A DNA stretch of 64,000 nt, taken from Longimicrobiales bacterium. Lineage in GTDB: Bacteria > Gemmatimonadota > Gemmatimonadetes > Longimicrobiales > Gaopeijiaceae. Where the stretch lies: positions 1,696,001-1,760,000 of the forward strand of contig CBDBCF010000001.1 of the NCBI GenBank assembly GCA_965202985.1. Direction: 5' to 3'. This document shows, in pieces, positions 40,441 to 49,973 of the stretch. Position 1 is the stretch's first letter. Each line of letters opens with the position of its first letter. The translations under genes and the position numbers were made by a program. Below the pieces are notes generated by a model, which had not been told where the DNA came from, did not search any database, and saw nothing but the letters and a program-made list of their open reading frames with translations.

Positions 40441-41211
40441 GTGATCGTGCCGGCGGTGGCATCGGCTGCCCCCCTGGCCGCGGCAACGGGCGTCGCTTGG
40501 CAGCTGGAGCCGGCGGGCGGCTGGTCGCAGACGCTGGCGTCGAGCCCCGCGCTGGCGTTGGCCCTGCTCTTCGGCGGCGGCGTCCTGACCAGCCTGACCC
40601 CCTGCGTCTACCCGATGATCCCCATCACGGCATCGGTGATCTCGGGCACCGCCCAGAAGGGCCGCACTTGGCGCACCGCGGGCCTCACGGCGACCTACGT
40701 GCTCGGCATGGCGTTGCTGTACGCCGCCCTGGGGCTGGCCGCCGCCCTGACGGGCACGCTCTTCGGCACCGTGAGCGCCAACCCTTGGGCGCTGTTCGCC
40801 ACCGGCAACGTGCTGCTGATCTTCGCCCTGGCCATGTTCGACGTGATCCCGGTGCCGGTGCCTCGCCGTCTCTTGGCATGGGCGTCCGCCAAGGAGGGCG
40901 GCTCCTACGGGGCCGTCTTCGTCTTGGGCGCCGTCTCCGGGGTCGTGGCCGCTCCCTGCGGCGCGCCGGCGTTCGGCGCCGTGCTGGCTTGGGTGGCCAC
41001 CAGCGGCGCGGCGCCCGTCATGGGCTTCCTGTACCTCTTCTCGTTCTCGCTGGGCATGACCGCCCTTCTCGCCGCCGTCGGACTCCTGTCCGGCACGACC
41101 GCGCTGCTGCCCCGCTCCGGCAAGTGGATGGTCGTCGTGAAGCGGGTCGCGGCACTCGTCCTGCTGGGCGTTGCCGAGTACTACTTCATCCAAGCCGGCT
41201 TCAACCTGTGA
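40441..41211 (+). CDS. CcdA/DsbD-family cytochrome c biogenesis membrane protein
   Basis: LTPCVYPMIP and AAPCGAP motifs. Confidence 0.9.
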   Translation: MIVPAVASAAPLAAATGVAWQLEPAGGWSQTLASSPALALALLFGGGVLTSLTPCVYPMIPITASVISGTAQKGRTWRTAGLTATYVLGMALLYAALGLAAALTGTLFGTVSANPWALFATGNVLLIFALAMFDVIPVPVPRRLLAWASAKEGGSYGAVFVLGAVSGVVAAPCGAPAFGAVLAWVATSGAAPVMGFLYLFSFSLGMTALLAAVGLLSGTTALLPRSGKWMVVVKRVAALVLLGVAEYYFIQAGFNL

Positions 41212-41246
41212 CCGCAACCGCAACCGCACCGCGCAACCGCATCGTC

Positions 41247-41897
41247 ATGAACTCGACCGCACGCTCGGCCTTTCTTCCCCTGGCCGCCCGCCCCTCCTTG
41301 GCCGCGCTCTCCTTGGGCGTCTCTCTGTCCCTGGCTGCCGCCTTCTCCCTAGGCCCCCCCGCCCGCCTCGCCGCCCAAGACGGCGTCGCCCTCCCCGTCG
41401 GCACGCCCGCGCCCGACGCCAACGTGGAGGACTTGGAAGGCCGCGCCGTCTCGCTCCTGGAAGTCGCCGGCGTCGCCGAGGGGAACCCGGCGCTGATCGA
41501 GTTCTGGGCCGCTTGGTGCGAACAGTGCGAAGCGCTCCAACCCCAGCTGGACGCGATCCACGAACGGTACCGCGGTCGGGTGGGCGTGGTCGCCGTGGCC
41601 GTAGCCGTGGCTCAGTCTCCGCGCCGCGTGCGCCGCCACGTGGAACGCCACGCGCCCGGCTACGCCTACGTCTACGACGCCTCGGGCGAAGCGGTGCGCG
41701 CGTACCAAGCTCTCACCACGTCGATCGTCGTCCTGGTGGACGGCGCCGGCCGCGTCGCCTACGCCGGCACCGGGCCGGACCAGGACCTGACCGGCGCCGT
41801 CGAAGCCATGCTGGAGGCGGGCGATCCTGCCTCGTCTCAGCCCTCGTCTTCGGGCGCCGGCGTCACCTCGTCGATCACCGCGGCCAGCTCCTCGTAG
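41247..41897 (+). CDS. TlpA-family thioredoxin
   Basis: EFWAAWCEQC motif. Confidence 0.88.
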   Translation: MNSTARSAFLPLAARPSLAALSLGVSLSLAAAFSLGPPARLAAQDGVALPVGTPAPDANVEDLEGRAVSLLEVAGVAEGNPALIEFWAAWCEQCEALQPQLDAIHERYRGRVGVVAVAVAVAQSPRRVRRHVERHAPGYAYVYDASGEAVRAYQALTTSIVVLVDGAGRVAYAGTGPDQDLTGAVEAMLEAGDPASSQPSSSGAGVTSSITAASSS

Positions 41898-42442
41898 GCT
41901 GCCGGGTCCACTTGGTTGAAGCGCGGGATCACCTTCGCGACTCGGCCGTCGGGACCCACCACGATCACGGCCCGGCTGTCCACCATGCCGTTGTCGCGCA
42001 GACCCCCGCCGAACGCCGCGTAGGACGCCCCGTCGTTCTCGGCGTCGCTCCCGAACAGGAAGGGAAAGTCCTCGTCCTTGAGCCAGGACGCCAGCTCTTC
42101 CGGCGAGTCGTTGGAGACCCCCAGCAAGACGACGTTCCGGCCCTCGTTGAACAGCTCTGCGTACTGATCACGGTACGCTCTCATTTGAACCGTTCAGCCA
42201 CGCGTCCTGACCCTGAAGAAGAACGCCAGCACCACCGTTTGGCCCCGGTAGTCGCTCAACCGGACCTTGTCCCGCAGAACCCCGTGGCGCGTCGCCCCGG
42301 TCATCTCGATATCCGGCGCCATCGCGCCCTCTTCGATCAGCCCGGCGCCCGCCTCCTGGGCCTGCCCTTCCCCGGCGCTCCCCGTCGCAGCCAGAGCAAG
42401 AGCCAGGGCCAAGGCCGCCCCCGTCGTCGTTCGTCGCGTCAT
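41837..42442 (-). CDS. Peroxiredoxin (BCP/AhpC-like), probable selenoprotein
   Basis: Two track ORFs are in frame across TGA 42194-42196: VVLAFFFRVRTRG-U-TVQMRAYRD. Confidence 0.85.
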
Positions 42443-42473
42443 CGTTCTCGTCCGCTCCCTCGGTTTGTGGTCG

Positions 42474-43430
42474 TTAGTGAGTTCGCGCGCCAACCGACGC
42501 CCGAATCGCCGCCACCGTCTGCTCCACGCGGAACGCCAGCAGCTTCCGCCCGGTCTCGACGGCGGTCTCCTTGTCGGCGATGCTCACGCCGTTGATCGAC
42601 GCCTTGCCTGCCGCGACCCGCTGGGCGTGGCGCACCGTCCGCGGGTCCTCCACCATCATGATGGCGGTGATCACGAAGTCGTCGTGGAAGCCGTCGTTGG
42701 CGGTCTCCCGAATGCCCAGCTCCTCTTCCATCCAGGCGTGGACTTCGCGGTAGCGATAAAACTCGGGCACGTAGTGGACGCGGGTCATCCCGTCCGCCCA
42801 GCGTTCGTTCAGCGCGTCCGCCACCGCCTCCATGCCGGCTTGGTTGCCGCCGCTGTCGCCGATGAAGACGATGTCCGTGAAGCCGTGGGCGGCCAAGCTG
42901 CTGGCCACGTCGTGCAGCACGGCGCGGAAGGTCTCTTCGCGCAGGCCGATCGTCCCCGGATAGCGCATGTGGCCCGTCTTCTCGGGCTCGAAGGCGCCCT
43001 CGGGCACCAGCTTGACCACCGGTGCGCAGAGCGCGTTCCCCAGCTTTCTTGCGATCCCTTCGCACGCGCCCTCCAGCACGTAGTTGTGCTTGCCCGTGGC
43101 CAGGTACGGCCCGTTCTGCTCGATGCCGCCCGTGGAGACGATCGCCGTGGTCTTGCCGTCCCGGAGCGCGTCCCGGACCTCCATCCACGTCATCTCCTCG
43201 ATCCACACCGTGTTGAGCGCCTCGATCGGCCGCTCCATCGCCATGTCGGCCTGGAACGCCGCTTCCATCTGCGCGGCGCGAGCGGCCCGCTGCTCGGGCG
43301 TCATGGTGCGGCCGCCCTGCTGCTGGGCGTGGACGAGCGCGGGCGACGCCGCCAGGGCGGTGGCGAGCGCCAGCAACAGCGTGGACGCCCGCGTCGAGGT
43401 CGCCGTCGGGACCACCGTCGCAGTCGCCAT
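42474..43430 (-). CDS. Creatininase family protein
   Basis: EEMTWMEV, TGGIEQNGPYL and GDSGGN motifs. Confidence 0.88.
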   Translation of the reverse strand: MATATVVPTATSTRASTLLLALATALAASPALVHAQQQGGRTMTPEQRAARAAQMEAAFQADMAMERPIEALNTVWIEEMTWMEVRDALRDGKTTAIVSTGGIEQNGPYLATGKHNYVLEGACEGIARKLGNALCAPVVKLVPEGAFEPEKTGHMRYPGTIGLREETFRAVLHDVASSLAAHGFTDIVFIGDSGGNQAGMEAVADALNERWADGMTRVHYVPEFYRYREVHAWMEEELGIRETANDGFHDDFVITAIMMVEDPRTVRHAQRVAAGKASINGVSIADKETAVETGRKLLAFRVEQTVAAIRASVGARTH

Positions 43431-43600
43431 GGGCGTGCGCTGTCTTGCCAGCCGTCTTCCGTCTTGCATGGGCCGAACCCTCCTGTTCGCCAAGGAATGC
43501 GACCTCTATTCTAGTGCGGGCACGGGCCGCGGGCGAACAGGGGGAGGGGACGCCCGCCTCGTGTCGCGCTCCCTCCCCCCGCCCCTGCTCGGAGGCCGTC

Positions 43601-44608
43601 GTGAGACCGGACGACTTGAACGCCGCCCGCGCCGTGGCATTCGCAACCGTCGCAATCGCGGTCGCCGCAACCTGCTGCGGCCAGTCCTCCGGCAGGTCGG
43701 CGGACGCCCCCGCATCGCCCGAGACGATCCGCACCGCCGACCCCTTCGCCCGGGGCTACGCCGTGGACGACTTCCCACGCGTGCAGGAACTCGCGTCGAA
43801 CGTCTACTCGTACGAGCAGCTTCGGTCCGCCGGCGACGAGCTCTTCACCACCGTCAGCCTGTTCGTGGTGACCAACGACGGCGTACTCGTCGCCGACGGA
43901 CAGGGGAGCCCCGCCGAAACGCAACGGCTGATCGACGCGATCGCCCGCATCACCGACCAGCCGATCGCCCACGTCGTCGTCGCTTCCGACCACGGCGACC
44001 ACACCGCCGGCAACAGCGCATTCCCGACCAGCGCCCGCTTCTACGCCCACCCCACCTCGCGGGCCGCGCTGGAGACCGCCGCGGCCGCGCCCGGTCGCTC
44101 CCCCGACGCCCCTCCCGTCGTGATCCCGGACCAGCTCGTGGAGACCGGCAGAACGCTGATCCTGGGCGGCGTCGAGGTGCGCATCCTGTTCCTGGGGCGG
44201 GCTCACACCGGCGGCGACTTGGTCGTCCACCTGCCCAACGAGCGCCTGCTGTTCATGAGCGAAGCGTACCTGCACCGCATCTTCCCGGCGATGCGCTCCG
44301 CTTACCCGTCCGAGTGGATCGCGATGATCGAAGCGGCCCAAGCGATGGACGTGGACATCTACGTGCCCGGCCACGGCTTCGTGGACTCGCCCGCCGTGCT
44401 TGAAGCGGAGTTGGAGGTCTTCCGCCAGGCCGTCGAACAGGTGGTCGAAGAGGCGACCCGACTCCACGCAGCCGGGTTCGCGCTGGAAGACGCGATCGAG
44501 GCGGCCGACTTCGGGGACTTGGAGTCGTGGTCGCTGCGGTCCAGCCAAGCGCCCCGGGCGATCGAGCGCGTCTACATGGAGCTGGAAGGCAAGCTCCCGC
44601 CGGAGTGA
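43601..44608 (+). CDS. MBL-fold metallohydrolase
   Basis: SDHGDHTAGN, AHTGGD and VPGHG motifs. Confidence 0.85.
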   Translation: MRPDDLNAARAVAFATVAIAVAATCCGQSSGRSADAPASPETIRTADPFARGYAVDDFPRVQELASNVYSYEQLRSAGDELFTTVSLFVVTNDGVLVADGQGSPAETQRLIDAIARITDQPIAHVVVASDHGDHTAGNSAFPTSARFYAHPTSRAALETAAAAPGRSPDAPPVVIPDQLVETGRTLILGGVEVRILFLGRAHTGGDLVVHLPNERLLFMSEAYLHRIFPAMRSAYPSEWIAMIEAAQAMDVDIYVPGHGFVDSPAVLEAELEVFRQAVEQVVEEATRLHAAGFALEDAIEAADFGDLESWSLRSSQAPRAIERVYMELEGKLPPE

Positions 44609-44979
44609 GGGCAAGGACCCCGGCATAGGCGCGCCCGGAACTTGACGAAGCCGACGCCGGTGTCGTGCCCTAAGGTCTTGTCCCCGATCTCGACCGACGC
44701 GAGCGGCGAATCGGACATCACCAGCATGTACTCGTCCGCAGTGCCGTGAACTACGTCCTGCTCGGCGTAAACCAAGACGCCCACGTTGGCCAACGGATGA
44801 CGGTGCTCGGTGGTGTCCACCTTGCTCCCGACCGTCGCGAAGGTGGTGTCGTAGGCCTCGACGTAGCCTACGATCTCGCCGACTGTCGGCCCCTCGACGG
44901 ACGTGACGGCGTCCTCGCACGCGGCGAAAGACGAGAGGACGGCGACGGCTGCCGCGATGCTGCGTACTGCTCTGCCCAT
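44572..44979 (-). CDS. Hypothetical lipoprotein, possibly truncated
   Basis: AGGAGA RBS and lipobox FAAC; the 3' end overlaps the convergent gene. Confidence 0.5.
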   Translation of the reverse strand: MGRAVRSIAAAVAVLSSFAACEDAVTSVEGPTVGEIVGYVEAYDTTFATVGSKVDTTEHRHPLANVGVLVYAEQDVVHGTADEYMLVMSDSPLASVEIGDKTLGHDTGVGFVKFRARLCRGPCPHSGGSLPSSSM

Positions 44980-45214
44980 TTGGATTCTCTCCTGGTCCGG
45001 GCGTGGTCGGCCAGGGGCCTTTCCCCCGGCTGCATCGCTCTCTCTATCCCAAAAGGCCGAAAACCCTGCAGGTTCGGCCTCGGGGGCAGGCGGCCGTGCG
45101 GCTGGCGGGCCGGTGATCGGCATCGCGAAGTTCGGTCGCTGGCCAGCCTTGCCGGCGGGGAGTAGAATGCTCGAAGCAAGCCCGAGTCGTCCCCAACCGA
45201 AGGAACTAGCCGCG

Positions 45215-47254
45215 ATGCCCCACGCCACCGAGTTCGGTCTCCCCCACCTTCAGCGTCCGGCAGGAGGCCGGCCCCGAGGCGCGGTCCTTGTTTCGACCCG
45301 CGCAACCTTCCTTGTCCTGGCGGGTCTACTGGCGGTCGTCCACGCGGCCCCCGCGCAAGCCCAGGAAGGCGGCGGGCACGAAGGCGAATGGCGGTACTGG
45401 GGCAGCGACGCCGCGAGCACGCGCTACTCGCCCTTGGACCAGATCGACGCCTCCAACTTCGGCGACCTGGAAGTGGCCTGGACTTGGCGGGGCGACAACT
45501 TCGGCCCCGAGGCGGACCCGTTGCTCCGGGCCACGCCGATCTACGTGAACGGCACGCTGTACTCGGTGGCCGGCTCGCGCCGCACCGCCGTCGCGATCGA
45601 CCCCGCCACCGGCGAGACGCTCTGGACCTTCCGCGAACCGCCCACCAAGCGCTGGGAGGACTCGATGCGGAAGAACTACGGCAAGGGCGTCGCCTACGCC
45701 CAAGTGGACGGCCGAGGCGTGATCTACCTGGTCACGCCCGCGTTCTTCCTCCACGCGCTGGACCCTGACACCGGCTACCCGGTCGAGTCGTTCGGCGAAG
45801 GGGGCGTGGTGGACCTGCTCGACGGCCTAGGTCCCTGGCCCCACGACCGGGACAAGGGACTGGACCCCGCCACCGGCTACATCACCAACTCGTCCCCGCC
45901 GATCGTCGTGAACGGCGTGGTCGTGGTCGGCAACTCGCACGAGCAGGGCTACTACCAGACGCGCCAAGAGAACGTCCCCGGCAACGTCCTGGGCTACGAC
46001 GCCGCCACGGGCGAGCACCTCTGGACGTTCAACGTGATCCCGCAGGAGGGCGAGCACGGCAACGACACCTGGGAGAACGACGCCTGGAAGTGGACCGGCA
46101 ACGTGTCCGCATGGGCGCCGCTCTCGGCGGACCCGGAGCTGGGGCTGGTCTACGTCGTCACCGATCCGCCCACGGTCGACTACTTCGGCGGCTTCCATCC
46201 GGGCGACAACCTCTTCGCCAACACTATCCTGGCGATCGACGCGGCGACCGGCGAGCGGCGCTGGCACTTCCAGACGGTGCACCACGACGTGTGGAACTAC
46301 GACAACCCGACGGCGCCCAACTTGATGGACGTCACGGTGGACGGTCGCGAGGTGCGGGCGCTGGTGCAGGTCACCAAGCAGGGCTGGGCCTACGTCCTGG
46401 ACCGGGCCACGGGCGAACCGGTCTGGCCGATCGAGGAGCGCTCCGTGCCGCAGTCCGACGTGCCCGGCGAGCACCTGTCGCCCACGCAGCCGTTTGTGAC
46501 GCGCCCCGCCCCCTTCGAGATGCAGGGGCTCACCGAGGACGACCTGATCGACTTCACGCCCGAGCTGCGCGCCATGGCTCTGGAGATCGTCAAGGACTTC
46601 CGGCTGGGGCCGCTCTTCAACCCGCCCTCGCGCGAGAACGCGCCCGACGGCACGCAAGCCGCGATCCACTGCCCCGGCGCGAACGGAGGCGCCAACATCC
46701 CTGGCGGCGCGGCGGCGGACCCCGAGACGGGCATCCTCTACGTGGCGTCCACCAAGGGCTGCAGCGCGCCCCGGCTGGTCCCCGGAACCGACGTGGACCC
46801 GGAGTCGAACGTGGACTGGGTGTCGGTGGGACCGGGCGGCGTGCGCGGCCCCGAGGGCCTGCCGATCTTCAAGCCCCCCTACGGAACGATCACTGCCATC
46901 GACATGAACACGGGCGACCACCTATGGCAGATACCCAACGGCACCACGCCCGAGTCGGTCAAGAACCATCCTCTGCTTGAGGGCGTGGACGTGGGCAACA
47001 CGGGCTCCCGCTCCCACGCCACCAAGCTGGTGACCAAGACGCTGCTCATGTACGGCGAGGGCCGGGGCGCGGCGCCGATCTTCCGGGCGGTGGACAAGGC
47101 GACGGGCGAGGAGCTGGGGGCGGTCGAGCTGCCGGGTTCGACGTTGACCGCGCCGATGACCTACATGCACGAAGGCGTCCAGTACGTGGTGATGGCCGTG
47201 GGCGGGCGCGGGATGGCGGGCGCGCTGGTGGCGCTGCGGCTGCCGGAGGAGTGA
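45215..47254 (+). CDS. PQQ-dependent (quinoprotein glucose-type) dehydrogenase
   Basis: RYSPLDQI, WHFQTVHHDVWNYD, KPPYG and APMTY motifs. Confidence 0.92.
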   Translation: MPHATEFGLPHLQRPAGGRPRGAVLVSTRATFLVLAGLLAVVHAAPAQAQEGGGHEGEWRYWGSDAASTRYSPLDQIDASNFGDLEVAWTWRGDNFGPEADPLLRATPIYVNGTLYSVAGSRRTAVAIDPATGETLWTFREPPTKRWEDSMRKNYGKGVAYAQVDGRGVIYLVTPAFFLHALDPDTGYPVESFGEGGVVDLLDGLGPWPHDRDKGLDPATGYITNSSPPIVVNGVVVVGNSHEQGYYQTRQENVPGNVLGYDAATGEHLWTFNVIPQEGEHGNDTWENDAWKWTGNVSAWAPLSADPELGLVYVVTDPPTVDYFGGFHPGDNLFANTILAIDAATGERRWHFQTVHHDVWNYDNPTAPNLMDVTVDGREVRALVQVTKQGWAYVLDRATGEPVWPIEERSVPQSDVPGEHLSPTQPFVTRPAPFEMQGLTEDDLIDFTPELRAMALEIVKDFRLGPLFNPPSRENAPDGTQAAIHCPGANGGANIPGGAAADPETGILYVASTKGCSAPRLVPGTDVDPESNVDWVSVGPGGVRGPEGLPIFKPPYGTITAIDMNTGDHLWQIPNGTTPESVKNHPLLEGVDVGNTGSRSHATKLVTKTLLMYGEGRGAAPIFRAVDKATGEELGAVELPGSTLTAPMTYMHEGVQYVVMAVGGRGMAGALVALRLPEE

Positions 47255-48180
47255 TGGCTCGGGAGTCCCGGCGGAAGCCGACGCGGTCCCTGACGACAAG
47301 CCAGCGAACCTCGGTTGCGAGCCCGCGAACCGCTTGCATCGGTTCCTGGCCCACGGCGTCCACGAGCTTGGTCGGCGTCTTGGCCGCGCTTGTCCTGGCC
47401 GGTTGCCAGCCCGCCGCCTCGCCGCCCGACAACCCGCTGGCCGCCTTCGACGGCAGCGCCGGACGCTGGGTTGACCTTTCCCACTCCTTCGGCCCTTCGA
47501 CGATCTACTGGCCCACCGACACCGCCGGCTTCCAGCACACCGAATTGGCCTACGGCACGACCGAGGGCGGCTGGTTCTACTCCTCCTACGCCTTCGCCTC
47601 CGCCGAGCACGGCGGGACCCACCTGGACGCCCCCAGCCACTTCGCCGAGGGCCGGCGGACGGCCGACCAAGTGCCGCTGTCGAGCCTGATCGCGCCCGCG
47701 TCGGTCGTGGACGTGTCGGCCAAGGCGACGCCCGACTACCAGCTCTCCGTGGCCGACCTGGAAGCGTGGGAGGCCCAGCACGGGCGCATCGCCGACGGTT
47801 CGATCCTGTTGGTGCGGATGGGCTGGTCGGAGCGGTGGAGCGACCGCGCAGCCTACCTGGGGACCTCGGCGACCGGTCCCGCCGCCGTGCCCGAGCTGCA
47901 CTTCCCCGGGATCGGTCCCGACGCAGCCCAGTGGCTCGTGGACAACCGTGCCGTGGCCGCCGTGGGCATCGACACGCCCAGCATCGACTACGGCCAGTCC
48001 ACCGACTTCGAGTCCCACGTGATCCTCTACGCCCAAGAGATCGCCGGCTTCGAGAACGTGACGAACCTGGACGAGCTGCCGGCCGTGGGGGCGGCGGTGG
48101 TGGCGCTGCCGATGAAGATCGAGAACGGGAGCGGCGGGCCGCTGAGGATTGTGGCTTACGTGCCCGAGCCGGAGGCGTAG
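47254..48180 (+). CDS. Cyclase / kynurenine formamidase family lipoprotein
   Basis: EHGGTHLDAP, GIDTPSID and GSGGPLR motifs. Confidence 0.92.
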   Translation: MARESRRKPTRSLTTSQRTSVASPRTACIGSWPTASTSLVGVLAALVLAGCQPAASPPDNPLAAFDGSAGRWVDLSHSFGPSTIYWPTDTAGFQHTELAYGTTEGGWFYSSYAFASAEHGGTHLDAPSHFAEGRRTADQVPLSSLIAPASVVDVSAKATPDYQLSVADLEAWEAQHGRIADGSILLVRMGWSERWSDRAAYLGTSATGPAAVPELHFPGIGPDAAQWLVDNRAVAAVGIDTPSIDYGQSTDFESHVILYAQEIAGFENVTNLDELPAVGAAVVALPMKIENGSGGPLRIVAYVPEPEA

Positions 48181-48213
48181 GCAACCGAAAACGCTGTCTC
48201 GCGGAAGGGCGTC

Positions 48214-48858
48214 ATGACCGAGAGCCAAAACCTGGAACGGAAGAGGTCTTGGCGCGACGAGCATCTGAGGCGGATATGCGGTTTCGCGAACGCACACGGC
48301 GGTGTGCTGGAAGTCGGGAGGGACGATCGGGGCAAGGTCGTGGGCGTGAAGGACATTGCCCGACTCCTGGAGGAGATCCCCAACAAGGCTCGGTCGTCGT
48401 TGGGCATCATCGTGGACGTGAACCTCAAGTCCAAGGACGGCATCGAGTACCTGCAGATCGTGGTTGGTCCTTACCCGAATCCGATCAGCTACAAGGGAGA
48501 GTTCCACTACCGGAGCGGATCAACGAAACAGGTGCTTCACGGCGCCGCCTTGAGCCGATTCCTAATACGGAAGCAACAAACTGTCCAGGCTACCCAAGAA
48601 ACTACCCAAGAACCGGCTGAGACTACCCAAGAAACTGCCCAAGAACCGGCCCGGACTACCCAAGAACCGGCGCCGACCACGCGGGAGCGAATCCTGGCGC
48701 TCCTCGAAGCCGAACCGCGCATCACGCGACGCATCCTGGCCGAGCGCATCGGCATCACGCCGAGTGGCATCAAGTACCATTTGGCCAAGCTGCGGAAGGC
48801 CGGGATCATCCGGCACGTTGGTCCGACGAAGGCTGGACGCTGGGAGGTCCTGAAGTGA
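48214..48858 (+). CDS. AlbA_2 (Schlafen-like) domain plus winged HTH, short form
   Basis: ESQNLERK, FANAHGG and YRSGST; TQE repeats; C-terminal HTH ending GRWEV. Confidence 0.75.
   Translation: MTESQNLERKRSWRDEHLRRICGFANAHGGVLEVGRDDRGKVVGVKDIARLLEEIPNKARSSLGIIVDVNLKSKDGIEYLQIVVGPYPNPISYKGEFHYRSGSTKQVLHGAALSRFLIRKQQTVQATQETTQEPAETTQETAQEPARTTQEPAPTTRERILALLEAEPRITRRILAERIGITPSGIKYHLAKLRKAGIIRHVGPTKAGRWEVLK
48589..48672 (+). repeat. In-frame ACTACCCAAGAA-type repeats
   Basis: Five TQE/AQE units. Confidence 0.8.
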
Positions 48859-48925
48859 CCGCAGCCAGCCAACGGTTGCGGACGACTCGACAGAGAGGGA
48901 CGATCCGCCGCCGACGGACGCCCCG

Positions 48926-49560
48926 GTGATCGAGAGACGCCTCCGGAGCCTCTGGGATCGTGTCCTGGCCAAGAGGGCCGACGTGTCCCACTTCTTGACC
49001 CAGGTTCGACTGCAAGGCATTCGGGGAATCGACGACTTGGCCGTGGGATTCATCTCGCCGGTCGTCGCAATTGCCGGCGGCAACGCCAGCGGCAAATCCA
49101 CGCTCCTGGCCGCGATTGCCTGCGCGTATCGAGTGCCCGGAGCACGCCACGGAGACTTTCTGCCGACCACGCTGTTCGCGGACTATCGGCCCAGGCGAGG
49201 AACCTACAGGGATGTCCGGGGACCCGCTGCCATCGAGTTCGAGTATTCGACTCCGAACGGGGGACGGGCCATGCGGTGGCGGCGCACCAGTGGTTGGCGG
49301 CAGACGTTCTACGGACGGCGGAGCGCGTCCCAGCCCGAGCGGCCCGTCCACGTGCACGTGACGAGGAACCTCGACGACCCGGCGGAGGTTCGCGACTCGG
49401 TCGCGGGCATTACGCGGGGACGTTCTGTGACGAAGGAGAGACCTTTGACGCTCTGGGAGATGCACTTTGCCGAGAAGATGTTGCCGTTCAAGTACTCGGA
49501 AGTGACCAACCTTGCGCGAGACGGCCACAGCCTGCTGTTCGCCCGGCAGAAGGGGGGCGC
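48926..49560 (+). pseudogene. Truncated paralogue of the 33634-35190 ATPase
   Basis: Collinear (IAGGNASGKST, EYSTP, QPERPV) up to FARQKGGA, then broken before Walker B. Confidence 0.85.
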
Positions 49561-49800
49561 ACCAGCGTCGACTCGTGCGGGTTCGCAGGATGCGTGCTCA
49601 ACGACAGCGGAAGCCCGCAGCGGTCCACGATCGCCATGATCTTCACGTCCTTGCCCGCCTTGGTGATCCCCACGCCCGCGCCGCCGCCCTTCGCCCGCGC
49701 GAACGACGCGTCGACGTACGCCTCCGAGCCGTCGAACAGCCCCCGCTGCTTCGCTTCGCCCGCCAAGTCCTCGAGCACCGCGTCGAGCACGCCCGTCCGT
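49559..49800 (-). mobile_element. IS5-family transposase internal fragment
   Basis: [13 protein letters not shown]...[13 protein letters not shown]...ANPHESTL. Confidence 0.8.
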
Positions 49801-49814
49801 ACTCGGCAACCACA

Positions 49815-49915
49815 TCATGTTTTTGAGATAGGTTCTAATAACATCGAAGTGCGGACATGTCGAGACGTACAGGTCACTGTCGCTTTCAATGATCGCAGTC
49901 AGCGCGGCCTGATGA
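49815..49915 (-). pseudogene. HicB-like antitoxin N-terminal remnant
   Basis: LTAIIESDSDLYVSTCPHFDV. Confidence 0.45.
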
Positions 49916-49973
49916 GTCAATCGAACCGACGTTGCCGCCACACGGTACTCGACGATGATCGACGAGATCAGAC

